This document shows, piece by piece, positions 10,416 to 20,999 of a stretch of DNA of 64,000 bases. Position numbers and translations under genes: made by a program. Numbering within the stretch: the stretch's first letter is position 1; each line of letters starts with the position of its first letter. Source of the stretch: Octopus sinensis (Eukaryota); the NCBI RefSeq assembly GCF_006345805.1, contig NC_043000.1, forward strand, positions 57,536,001 to 57,600,000, written 5' to 3'. The notes beneath the pieces were generated by a model. It searched no databases, was not told the origin of the DNA, and saw only the letters and a list, made by a program, of their open reading frames with translations.

Positions 10416-10824
10416 GGATCTTTTCGGTTTGAAAGGCAGTTTTTAACATAATTTCTAGGTAACTAAAAAATTTTAAACTTCGCATACTGGTAGAATGTGT
10501 TTATAAAACATCTTTTTCTCTTGGCTTTATTGAGAAAATTCTATGGTTTGTAAGATATTTGTTGTTGTTTTTCTTCAATTTCTGCAATTTCAACCAATCA
10601 ATTACGTGTATTGAGGTAAGAAACATTCTGTGCCGTATGAATATGTCCCTCGTTTAAGAAACAGATTGGGTTTATTTACATTTCAGAAGAAAAAAAGATA
10701 CCTTTCTCCACCCCTAACCCTAAAATAGATTGAAATGCAATAGATCGATACTAGGGTCATAATTATGGGTGACAATTCCATATGACACCGCAAGAAAAAA
10801 CTGCCGTTCAAACCGAAAAGATCC
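10416..10824. mobile_element. ~410-bp MITE with ~30-bp TIRs, superfamily not assigned
   Basis: GGATCTTTTCGGTTTGAAAGGCAGTTTTT / AAAAAACTGCCGTTCAAACCGAAAAGATCC, flanked by TA-rich sequence. Confidence 0.8.
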
Positions 10825-10954
10825 ATATTTTCTTCTCTACAATTACTTTTCAAGTGGAACTTGAAAAAGTTGAGGGATTAGCCAAAGAGGAAAGTATTAA
10901 GAGGATCAAAACTATTTGTAGCAGTAGAGGGCAGAAAGCTGAGATGCCACACAC

Positions 10955-10985
<31 letters not shown>

Positions 10986-10994
10986 CAACAACAA

Positions 10995-11343
10995 CAACAC
11001 TCAGTGAGCACAAACCACCGCCAAGGCAACACCAACGTCTCAACGATTAGCCAGAGATGATTTTAAAAATGAGAATATCTGAAATAAACTCGACTGCTCT
11101 CACAAACGAGAATACTAAAAATGAACCCGACCGCTCTCAGAATTAAGTTTAAAAAAAAAAAAAATCCAGAATCCTTCTCCGGTACCGGATCGATCCCCAA
11201 ATCTAACCAGTTCGTGCCAGTCACGATGCCAAACATCCCTGAAAGTTTCATCCGAATCCATCCAGTGGTTCTTGAGATATATTGTACATGGACAAACAAA
11301 CGTGACTGAAAAACAATACCTCCGCATTTGCTAAAACGGAGGT
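10995..11343. mobile_element. Helentron-associated (HINE/DINE-1-like) non-autonomous element; second copy at 46635-46998
   Basis: Subterminal repeat AACC(A/T)CCGCCAAGGC at the left and a terminal CCTCCG..CGGAGG hairpin at the right. The two copies align along their length. Confidence 0.6.
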
Positions 11344-11739
11344 AATAATCCTTTCTACTATAGGCACAAAGCATGACATCTCGGGGGAGGTGGCTAATCG
11401 ATTATATCGACTCCGAAAGGATGAGAGGCAAATTCGAACTCAAAATGTAACCACGAGCGAAATATCGCTAAGCATTTCGTCCAGGGCGCTAACGATTCTG
11501 CCAATAAAATCATACTGGTGTCGATTAAATTTTCCCCCGACGAATAAAGGACAATTTCTCATAGGCGAAGGACAAAGAAAAAGATATTACGAAAAATCAA
11601 AACAAAAAACTGTTCCCCTCTCTCACACACAATCGTATATTATGATAGTGAGCGTTCAATTGTTCGATCAACTAAACTACACACTTATTAAAATTGCACG
11701 TAAAAAGTTGAGTATTTTACCGGGACGTGTACCCTTAAC

Positions 11740-11935
11740 GTAACTCTTGAGCAGAAACAAAATAGCAGTGAGCGATAAGATCGCACCTTTAGATTACTTT
11801 TGACAGTTTCTGTCTACCCAATTTCATTCACAAAGTCTGGGCTAAAGATACTTGCCCAAGACTTCACGGTAGGATCGAACCTGAAGCCTAGTGATTGAAA
11901 ACCGGAGCTTCTTAATCATTCAACCACGCTGCATT
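11740..11935 (-). mobile_element. Degenerate family-A SINE; others at ~16262-16430(-), ~36650-36800(-), ~43840-43995(-), ~48330-48500(+), ~48940-49100(+)
   Basis: Shared ACTTGCCCAAG, TTTCTGTCTACC and tRNA-like head blocks with the 1811-2318 copy. Confidence 0.7.
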
Positions 11936-13360
11936 AACTAACTACAATACATTTTCTACTGACTTGATTATTTTCACTTCACGTTTTATTGATTTTTTTT
12001 TTTTTTTGCATAGGCGCAAGGCCTGAACAAACTTAACATTAAATGAAAGCACATACTTTGAAAATGTAACTGGTTTCAATTTTAACCTTTGTTCTGGTGA
12101 CCTAGTTGCGTGAACCAACCAAGACATAAATTAAGAAGGACTGTATATAGACAGTGATGCTGTTTTCACAGGTAGCAGATGAGTAGCTTTCCGCTAGAAA
12201 GTCACACGGACTCTTTGAGCAGAGGGATAAACGCATTTTTAGCAGTGTTATACTTCTGTCGCCCTTCTCCCACTGTTTTTTCTTCTTTTTCTTAACTTCA
12301 TACAAACAACCCCGAAAGGAAAGTTCGCAGGAGTCAAAAAGTAGTAAATTACGTAAGTTTGCTTCGAAGCATTTTTCTTACCATTTTTGTTTTATTTTTA
12401 ATACTTTCTCATAAAAAAAAAAAGAAGCATGTCAGAGAAATGGGAAATATTTTGGGTTCGTGCGAGGAAAAACGATAGTTGTGTTTATTATATTAGAAAC
12501 TAACTGCATTAAATGGTGAAAACATTTAGGTACCTATAAATTGTTGCAAAGTTGCTAATATATTTTCCTAATAATTCTTTTTCTTAAAAGATTTCAAACC
12601 TTCAGTTCAAACTAAAACAAAGTAAAAAGGAATAAATTAACTAAATGATTAAATAAATCTGCATAACTGCATATTTACCCATGATTACCCCTTTATAATT
12701 AATTATAAAAATTAGTAAGATTTCACCGAAAATCTCCAGAAAAGTTTGTTGTTTGTTTAGCTCCAAGTCAACCACGATTGAATAGACCTGTGATCAAAAG
12801 CGTTCCAGTTACGAATATCAGTACACCCCCACCACCACCAGACTTCATGTACATAATAGTGCATTATCAAATGCAGTCTCGGGTATAAATCGTTTTTAAG
12901 ACAGTAGATTGTGGTTTAAGGGGAATTCTGAAATTTGGCTGCAGTTTCTAGAAGCCGTGTACAAGACTTCTTTATTGGATCACATGTTGAAAGTATTCTG
13001 TTATATTCCTTAATACCAGAAGGTACTGGAATACAATATTTAAATATAAAGGCTATACTGCTAACTCTCAATAGTAACGCTAAAATAAGCAAGAATTCGT
13101 CCACTGATAATTTATAGCGACTTTTTGTTACGCATGTCTGCAACCGCGAAAAAGTGACAATCAAAGAAAAGAAATAAGTGCTAATTCCTCTCCTCTCCGT
13201 GCATATATGGATTGGCAAATTCATTAGGTTTCTTCTTGGGCCTCCTATATATCTTCTGTTTGTCAGTGTAATATAATCAACAATTTAAGTTATAAATATA
13301 CACACATACACATTATATATATATATATATACACATTATATATATATATATATATATATA

Positions 13361-13541
13361 TACTATTTAAGAAGAGCGGTCCCGGTCTCGGGTACTTGCG
13401 CATCCGTGCTAGCTAGTCGTGACTAGTCGATCCTTCGTGTTTTTGTGTTTTATTTACTTTGCTAGGTAGTCGTTGAAGGATCGACTAGTCACGACTAGCT
13501 TGCGCAGGTGCGCGCACCGGGACCACACTTCTTAAATAGTA
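13361..13541. mobile_element. GC-rich, almost fully palindromic MITE (181 bp)
   Basis: Termini TACTATTTAAGAAG.G.GGTCCCGGT / ACCGGGACCACACTTCTTAAATAGTA; inner perfect arms GCTAGTCGTGACTAGTCGATCCTTC / GAAGGATCGACTAGTCACGACTAGC. Confidence 0.8.
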
Positions 13542-13684
13542 CCATATATATATATTGCAATAAATAGTTTTGTAAACACTACTTTTGTTGTTTAGCCATA
13601 GGTCAGCTTTCAACCAGCTGCCCTATGATCAAAAGTATTCCAGTTGTGACGATCCCTTCCCCCACTATCACTGTGTCTAATTCA

Positions 13685-13908
13685 TATTTCTTTATTGCCC
13701 ACAAGGGGCTAAACATAGAGGGGACAAACAAGTACAGACAAATGGATTAAGTCGATTACATCGACCCCAGTGCGTAACTAGTACTTAGTTTATCGACCCC
13801 AAAAGGATGAAAGGCAAAGTCGACCTCGGCGGAATTTGAACTCAGAACATAACGGCAAACGAAATACGGCTACGCATTTCGCCCGGCGTGCTAACGTTTC
13901 TGCCAGCT
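13685..13908 (-). mobile_element. tRNA-derived SINE family B; others at ~8620-8750, 11345-11520, 20762-20960, 24350-24785 and the array at 45-46.6 kb
   Basis: Minus-strand head GAGCTGGCAGAAACGTTAGCACG..GAGTTCAAATTCC and conserved central block GCCTTTCATCCTTT.GGGGTCGATAAA..AAGTAC.AG. Confidence 0.88.
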
Positions 13909-14107
13909 CAGAGGTCCCAAACCTCCGGGTCGTACAGAAAGAACAAGTATTTTTTTCCCTTTATTTTTTTATTAACTATCGCAGTCTGTAAGGTGTTTTT
14001 GCAAAACATGTAATATATATGTAATAATTAGATTATATATTATGCATTTTATTGTTTTGTTATGTGACCCCACTGGTGCGTGGTGGGAGAAAGGTTGAGG
14101 ACCGTTG
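13909..14107. mobile_element. hAT-type MITE; a similar one at 31004-31158
   Basis: TIRs CAGAGGTCCCAAACCT / AGGTTGAGGACCGTTG, and TAGCACGTCTTAAACT / AGTTTAAGAAGCGCTG for the second. No intact 8-bp TSD seen. Confidence 0.6.
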
Positions 14108-14533
14108 GTCTAAGGATGTAATTTGAGGTGAATTTGACCAAGCGGAACATTTTTAATACCAGTGGTAGAATTTTACAAGTATTTTAACAATCTGTTGGGG
14201 AAAGCATTTGTATAAATGTCTCTCTAATTTTATAATGCAAGCATAAATTTCTCTCTGATTTTATAAATTCATTACTAAAATTAATTATTTATAAAATTAC
14301 TATTAAGTTTACATGTACTTGTTTGACAAGTAATTAAAGTACTAAAGGCAATTAAATATTAATAGATTATCTATGAACTTTACTAATTCATAGACAATCA
14401 ACTTAAATTATATTTTCGAGTACTTCATCAGTAAACCATTTCAGATTTATATTTGGGCGAAATTTCGGCCGCAAACTAAGTACTTCCCACGAGTTTTCCC
14501 ATAGAAACTACACGTTGGTTTCCATATCATTTA

Positions 14534-15178
14534 CTAGCAGTATAACCCGGCCTTGCCCGGGATTAAGTTACGATTATTAAGCTAATCAAGTTCTTTATTT
14601 CAAACCAAACTAAGTAATATAGACGTCAAATTTGGGCGAAATCCGTTGAAAATAGTTATATTATATATATTTCTCAACAAAACACTTTTTTACTCGGCGT
14701 AAAATAAAAACAAAACTCTTTCGCACCCAAAGTAATGTGTGAGAGAGAGAGAGGGGGGGGAAGATGAACGATTTAAAATAAATATATTGTAATTATGATT
14801 ATAAAATATAGTGTGCCTTTCAAAAACAAAAAACAAAACATTTTACATTTTATTTTTTTATGAACGTAGTCACTTTCTCTCTCTCTTTCTCACTTTGTCT
14901 TTCCCATGAAACTCTCTGTCTCTTTCTTCCACTTTTCTTTATCTTACTTTTTTTTTTGTTAGACGCCATCAAAAACGCAATGGCTGATATTTGTTATGGT
15001 TAAAAATGGTTGAAAATAGATTTTTACCCTATCCGCGGGTGCCTCGGGAAAAAAATAAGTTGACAAAACCCAGATAGGGTGTTGACACATGTCCTCCTAA
15101 AATTTGAGCGACATACGCGCTAATTTGTGGACGTGCATAAATTACAATCACGTACACACACATCCTCCCTTTTATAGA
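14534..15178 (-). mobile_element. Non-autonomous Helitron (~645 bp) with both termini
   Basis: Minus strand: A|TCTATAAAAGGG at the 5' end; 3' hairpin CCCGGGCAAGGCCGGG, a short spacer, then CTAG|T. Confidence 0.8.
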
Positions 15179-15373
15179 TATGATAGAAAACAATTGTCAT
15201 CGAAATGCAAAGAGAAGGTTAATTTGAATGCTTTGCACCCCAAAGAAAGCTATGCTTTTAACTATGTAATTTTTTAGAGTTAAAGTTAAAATTAAATAAC
15301 AATTTACAAAGTAAGTTAAGAATTGCTAATGACAACAATGAAATTGTCAAAATCAATGATTTTTCTTTTTGGC

Positions 15374-15925
15374 GGAATTCTGGTTTAAGCATCACCCACA
15401 TAACTTTCATAATTTCTTTTATTTTTTTGTAATTTTCACAAAACTTTTGTGAATTTGTGTTCTACACACAGAAATTGATACAATTATGTAAAAAAAAAAA
15501 GTGTGATTTAAAGGCCATATTGCTGTTACTTTTAGCACATCTCATAACCACCTGACACCCTCCTCGTTTCTTTGTCACTGACATGCATTACTATTTTCCA
15601 ATATTTTTCTCCCTATAAACACATTTAATGGACGGATAATGCACTCAAGAATGGCCCATTGCTGGGATCTAAGCAAAAAATTTGGACTCTCTGTATTTTA
15701 ACCTCTGATTAAAAAAACAGGTATTCAAAAAAGAGCGGAACTTTTAAGGTTTATGGTAGGAGGGGGAGTGGTTAAAAAATTTTTTTTTCATAATCGTATG
15801 AATTCCCGCGTGTAGAACACAAATTCGCAAAAATTTTTTGAAAATTCTAAAACATAAAAAAGCCGTGAGGGGTTTTATGGGGTGCTTAAACCAGAATTCC
15901 ATTTTTTTTTTTTTTACCCCCACTG
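15374..15925. mobile_element. ~550-bp DNA-transposon derivative with long imperfect inverted repeats
   Basis: GGAATTCTGGTTTAAGCA..CATAA / TTATG..TGCTTAAACCAGAATTCC, plus a second arm pair at 15431-15476 / 15801-15846. Confidence 0.7.
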
Positions 15926-15996
15926 AATATATATTATTAGATTCAGATTAGATAGATGTAAAAGGTATGTCTTTTTGAGCCCCTTCCTATATCATT

Positions 15997-16260
15997 TGTC
16001 CTTTGGCCTAGTGGTTAGGGTGTTACACTCACGATCACTAGACTGTGGGTTTGATTCCTGAACTTGGCAGTGTGCTGTGCTCCAGAGCAAAACACTGTAA
16101 ATGGGTAACTCTGCGATGGAATAGCCTTCAGATCAAGGGGGAATGTTGGGCTGCTCGCCCAACCAGCAAGGTGACATTATTCAAAAGCTAAAATAATGTA
16201 AAGCGCACTGTGACTAGCGATGTATAGCAACATCCAATAGTCTGGTCGATACTGTGATAT
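15997..16260 (+). mobile_element. tRNA-derived SINE, third family; a related head at ~21650-21900 (minus)
   Basis: A box TGGCCTAGTGGTTAGG and B box GGGTTTGATTCC, followed by a CORE-like GAGCAAAACACT...CTGCGATGGA.TAGC block. Confidence 0.7.
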
Positions 16261-16643
16261 TTATATATTCACACGCATGCACACACACCAGGCATCTTTC
16301 AGTTTCTGCCTACCAAATCCATTCATGGAGCTTTGGTTGGCCCAAAAACTCAAGGTGCCACACAGTGGGACTGAACCTGAAACCATGTAGTTGGGAAGAA
16401 AACTTCTTAACCACATAGCCATGACCACACTAACCAACATGCCTGCGCATACGCACGTGTGTGTGTGTGTGAGAGAGAGCATGGCTGTGTAGCCATGAAG
16501 TCTGCTTCAGAAGAACCTGATTCTGGGTTTGACTATAGCTTCAGGTTGAGCAATACCTTCTAAGTGGAATTTCATAGATGGAAGCTATTTAAATGCCCAC
16601 TGTATGTGTGCGTGTGCGATTTGCTTATGTTAGTTTTCCTTTA

Positions 16644-17360
16644 TGTACTTTAACTGAGCAGTTTCACAATATGGGGTTGATAAAAGTACAGGACTGGAAT
16701 TTCAGGAGACAATATGGTTAACTAAACATTTAAAGCTAGTGCAATGACAAAAACCAATAAAATATATATATCTTAAAATATATGTCTCATTTATTCAATG
16801 ACTCAGTTCTCTCACAAACACACAGACACATGCAAGATAGAACAAAGGGCAGTGAGTAAATCCTTTTAATGCATCAAGACATTACACAATATATGTGAAA
16901 ATGGCTTTATATATAGAGGGGACTGATAAACAAGTATTTATATATTCACATGAATTCCAGTATAACTGACCTACATACTAATTCTATCTGAAGGTGTTGT
17001 GTGTACTTTAACTGAGCAGTCTCACAATATGGGATTGATAAAGTAGAGGACTGGAATTTCAGGAGACAATATGGTTAACTAAACATTTAAAGCTAGTGCA
17101 ATGACAAAAACCAATAAAATATCTTAAAATATATGTCCCATTTATTCAATGACTCAGTTCTCTCACACACACACAAACACACATGCAAGATAGAACACAG
17201 GGCAGTGAGAAAATCCTTTTAATGCATCAAGACATTACTTACACATTATGTGTGAAAATGGCTTTATTTCTAGAGGGAACTGGTAAACAAGTATTTATAT
17301 ATTCACATGAATTCCAGTATAACTGACCTACACACTAATTCTACTTAAAGGTGTTTGTGT
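16644..17360. repeat. Local tandem duplication, period ~358 bp, moderately diverged
   Basis: TGTACTTTAACTGAGCAGT starts at 16644 and 17002; the units align throughout. Confidence 0.92.
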
Positions 17361-20204
17361 GGACTGAAGTAAATGTTATTATATGAACACTGGCAATTAT
17401 TATATCAATACTGGCAAATACACACCGTGACATTTACTCTTAAGAAAATATTTTAGCTAACACTTATCAATAAAGAAGGCTAACATTAATTTTCTATAAC
17501 AGTCACCTTAGAGAACAATGACTGAATTAAAAATGTGACATTTAAAAATGCTTAGTTGTGAATCCTTGTAGTAAGTGAACAACTGATCAATTGACTCATT
17601 GTTCACATAATGCCAGGTACAACAATGACTGGAATTGACTTAAAAAAAAAAACTATACAAAGAGATAATAAACATGTAGATGATGAGAAATAATTTTAAA
17701 ATAGAAAATGCCATTGCATATGTTTGAACACTGAGTTTGAACGTTTCCATAATATTGATGGAATTTGGGGTTGTGGGTCACATTTTAGGTAAGACCTACT
17801 ATTGGGATGTACTTCCCTTAAGAAATAAACTTGAGGAGATATGAGTCCAAACAAAACAACCTGACGGTTTACACTGCCTCCTATTGTTTAGAAAGTGTGC
17901 GTGGCTACTTTACCCTAAAGTAATTAAAATTAATGAAATAATAAATAACCATGGAAGTAGTAGTTTGAAAGTTAAATATCTTTCTCAAAGCCCATATTGG
18001 TGATTAAACACAAACAACTGGCCATTAATTTCATCAACACCAATATCCAATTGAATTGGCCATCTATAACCCTGCAAATTCATGCTTGTAACTGAATCAA
18101 TATGAATTCATAGAATAGTTATTTCAATTCAAATTCAGTTCTCATATACAAGACTAAATATGACCACGCAGAGCTTCCCAGATATACTATGTCACAACTA
18201 GAAAAAAATCCACATCATGCAATCTGGCATACAGTGTTTTATTTTTGTTGGCATGGGAGCAATAAAACAATGCAGACAATGCATTTTTCCACTGTCCTAT
18301 CTGATTCTGTAATCTACATTCTTGTGGTGACCTCACTGGAGATGGGCAAAGTGAATTTGGGCAATGCAATAGTTGCTCTTCTTCTACACTTATATCTCTT
18401 GTGATGTGCTTTCAAATAATGAGGCTATTGATGTTGATACTTCTTTTTGTATGTTAATATGAACTGGGTGGAAGGGATAGTGTTGTAGGTGTATATAAGT
18501 AGTAAGAAGCAATTTTACATGTAATGGCATGTCCTGAGAGGGGTTTGGTGTAACAACAATTATGCTCCTTGCATTTCCAGGTGACCTTTTAATTTTGGAT
18601 ATTTTAATTTTGTGTTGTCTCACATGTTACCTGTGAACAGAAGCCTCCACATAGTTGCTTTGTCAACAAGAATTAGCAACTAAATTTACATCTAAATACT
18701 TCTACTCTCAACCACTTACAGTAGGCTTGGTGTATATATTATAACACTTAATATATTAACAGTTTGCTCTAAACCATATTTTTAATTTAGTGATGGTTTC
18801 CCTAGAAAGGTAACCTTAAGCATGGTGTATAAAGAAGCTGAATCTTATCTTTCAATAATAAACAAATAAAAAATATAAATGAAAATCTAAAGCTTCAGTT
18901 TTTGAAAATATACTAAGATCAGACAGATTTTTGTATTTTTCTTGATTTAGTAGTATTTATTTTAGTTATCTTCACCATATACAATTTTATTTTGAATAGA
19001 GTAGAAATGCATAACTTTTATACATTATACAATCTAAAAAATATATTATTTAACAAAGTGAAACCATCTCAAATGTTAGAACCATTTAAACTGAAAAGTA
19101 TAATAAGGATTGATACAAACAATAAAGATTTCAGAAATTATGTTCTTTTCCAGTGGAAAGTGAGAGAAAAGCATTTTTGTTTATTTTAGTTTTAATTTCC
19201 CATCAGAACCAGTATAATTTTCTAAATACACTTTTAACAAATATTGGCTTTAGCATGCTTTTGAAAAACTTGTATATCTATTTACACACCTGAGTAAAGA
19301 ATTTTATAAAAATAACAAGTATATTTATTCGATATGCCTATAAGTGCTGTGGGGTATATCGTTACATCAAACTGTTTGAAGCAGATAGAAATGAAATAAA
19401 TAAAGCAAAAATGAAAAAAAAAGTTTTTCAAAACAGCTTTGTTGCCTTTGAAATGGGGAAAACACCTATTCAAAGTCATTATAATCAATAAAAACGACTA
19501 TGTCAACAAAGTCATCCTCATACCAACATCACGCAATTCAAGCTATCTCCTTGTTTAAGCATACTGCAGTAGTGCTTAAACAGTGTTAACCACATAACCC
19601 ATTCTGATCTAACAAGAAGCTTGTATCTGGACACTTGGTTGGCTAGAAATGGAAACAGATTGCCCTCAAATCATACCTACTGTCTTAACCCTTTTGATAC
19701 TAGCCTGCCTAAAACAACAACAAAGTTATTTTACAAAACTTTTCGTTATTTTCAAAATAAATTGAAAGAGAGGTAGTATATTTCAACAGCAAAAGGGTCA
19801 AATAAGGAAAGAACATGAAATAATATGAATCCCCCCCAAAATTTGGAGTGGTCATGTTTGGAATGCCTTTGATTGTAAGTCTACACAATAAAAGCTGAGT
19901 CTGGGATTAACAACAACAGAAGCCTCTCTATATGATTTAACAGTAATTCAAATCTTAGTCATATCATCATCATCATCATCATCGTTTAACATCCGCTTTC
20001 CATGCTAGCATGGGTTGGACGGTTTTGACTGAGGGCTGGAGAACCAGATGGCTGCCCCAGGTTCCAGTCTTGATTTGGCAGAGTTTCTACAGCTGGATGC
20101 CCTTCCTAACGCCAATATTATTTGAATTAACAGAAGGAAATATATTTGAACTGAACATGCTACAAAAGTTTATCTAGATTAGAAAAATATGGCAAATTCA
20201 TTAG

Positions 20205-20545
20205 AATAATAATTATTTCTAACAAAAGAACAAATTAATTAAAACAACTGCTTCTAACAAAAGAAAAAATAATTAAAATGGGACTGCCACATTAGGTTGG
20301 CAAAAAATTGTTACTTTTAAGTGCTGCTACTGAATATCTCTTGTTGAGAGATTTAGGAACAGCAAAATAATAATTGTTTCTAACTAAAAAACAAATTAAT
20401 TAAAACAACTGCTTCCAACAAAAGAATAAATTAATCAAAATGGGACTGCCACATTAGGTTGGCAAAAAATTGTTACTTTGAAGTGCTGCTACTGAATATC
20501 TCTCGTTGAGATATTTGGGAACAAAAAAATAATAATTGTTTCTAA
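20205..20545. repeat. Local tandem duplication, period 161 bp
   Basis: GGGACTGCCACATTAGGTTGGC at 20281 and 20442. Confidence 0.92.
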
Positions 20546-20999
20546 CAAAAGAACAATTTCGAGGAGGGGGTTAGTTGATGAAATGAGCCTTAGTACTTGA
20601 CTGGTACTGTTTTAATGGAAAACTGAAATTGACCTAGGCAGGAACATAGGGAGCTGAAAGATTCAGAACATAGGGAGCTGAAAGAAATACAGCAATGGCG
20701 TTTTCTCTAATGCTTTAATGATTCTGCCAGTTCACCACCCTAAATAATAATAATAACAATAATCTTTTCTACAATAGGCACAAGGTCCGAAACTTTGCGG
20801 AAGGGGGCTAGTCGATTGCATTGACCCCCACTCTCAGTACTTGACTAGTACTTATTTTATTAACCCTGAAAGGATGAAAAGAAAAGTTGACCTCAGTGGA
20901 ATTTGAACTCAGAATGTAAAGAAGAATCAAAAGCCACTGAGCATTCTGCTCAGCATGCTAACGATTCTGTCAGCTCATGAAATAACAACAACAACAACC

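Larger units (their letters stand above)
9880..12360. promoter_or_regulatory. Candidate CpG-retaining promoter zone with divergent first-exon donors
   Basis: Visibly more CpG than the flanking DNA; a minus-strand CTG|GTAAGT donor near 9905 and a plus-strand AC|GTAAGT donor at 12352/12353. No transcript evidence. Confidence 0.35.

Noticed and set aside
10711-10723. (CCCTAA)2 telomere-like motif
   Set aside because: Only two units, internal to a MITE; not an interstitial telomere array.
14405-14437. Minus-strand CTGATGA..GAAA hammerhead-like spacing
   Set aside because: Stem II is too short and no stem I pairing can be drawn; probably chance.
18600-19371. Three minus-strand exon-like segments (19371-19290, ~18770-18720, ~18630) with compatible phases
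   Set aside because: The peptide (FDVTIYPTALIG...) resembles neither RMC1 nor anything I recognise, and such splice signals arise often by chance in AT-rich DNA.
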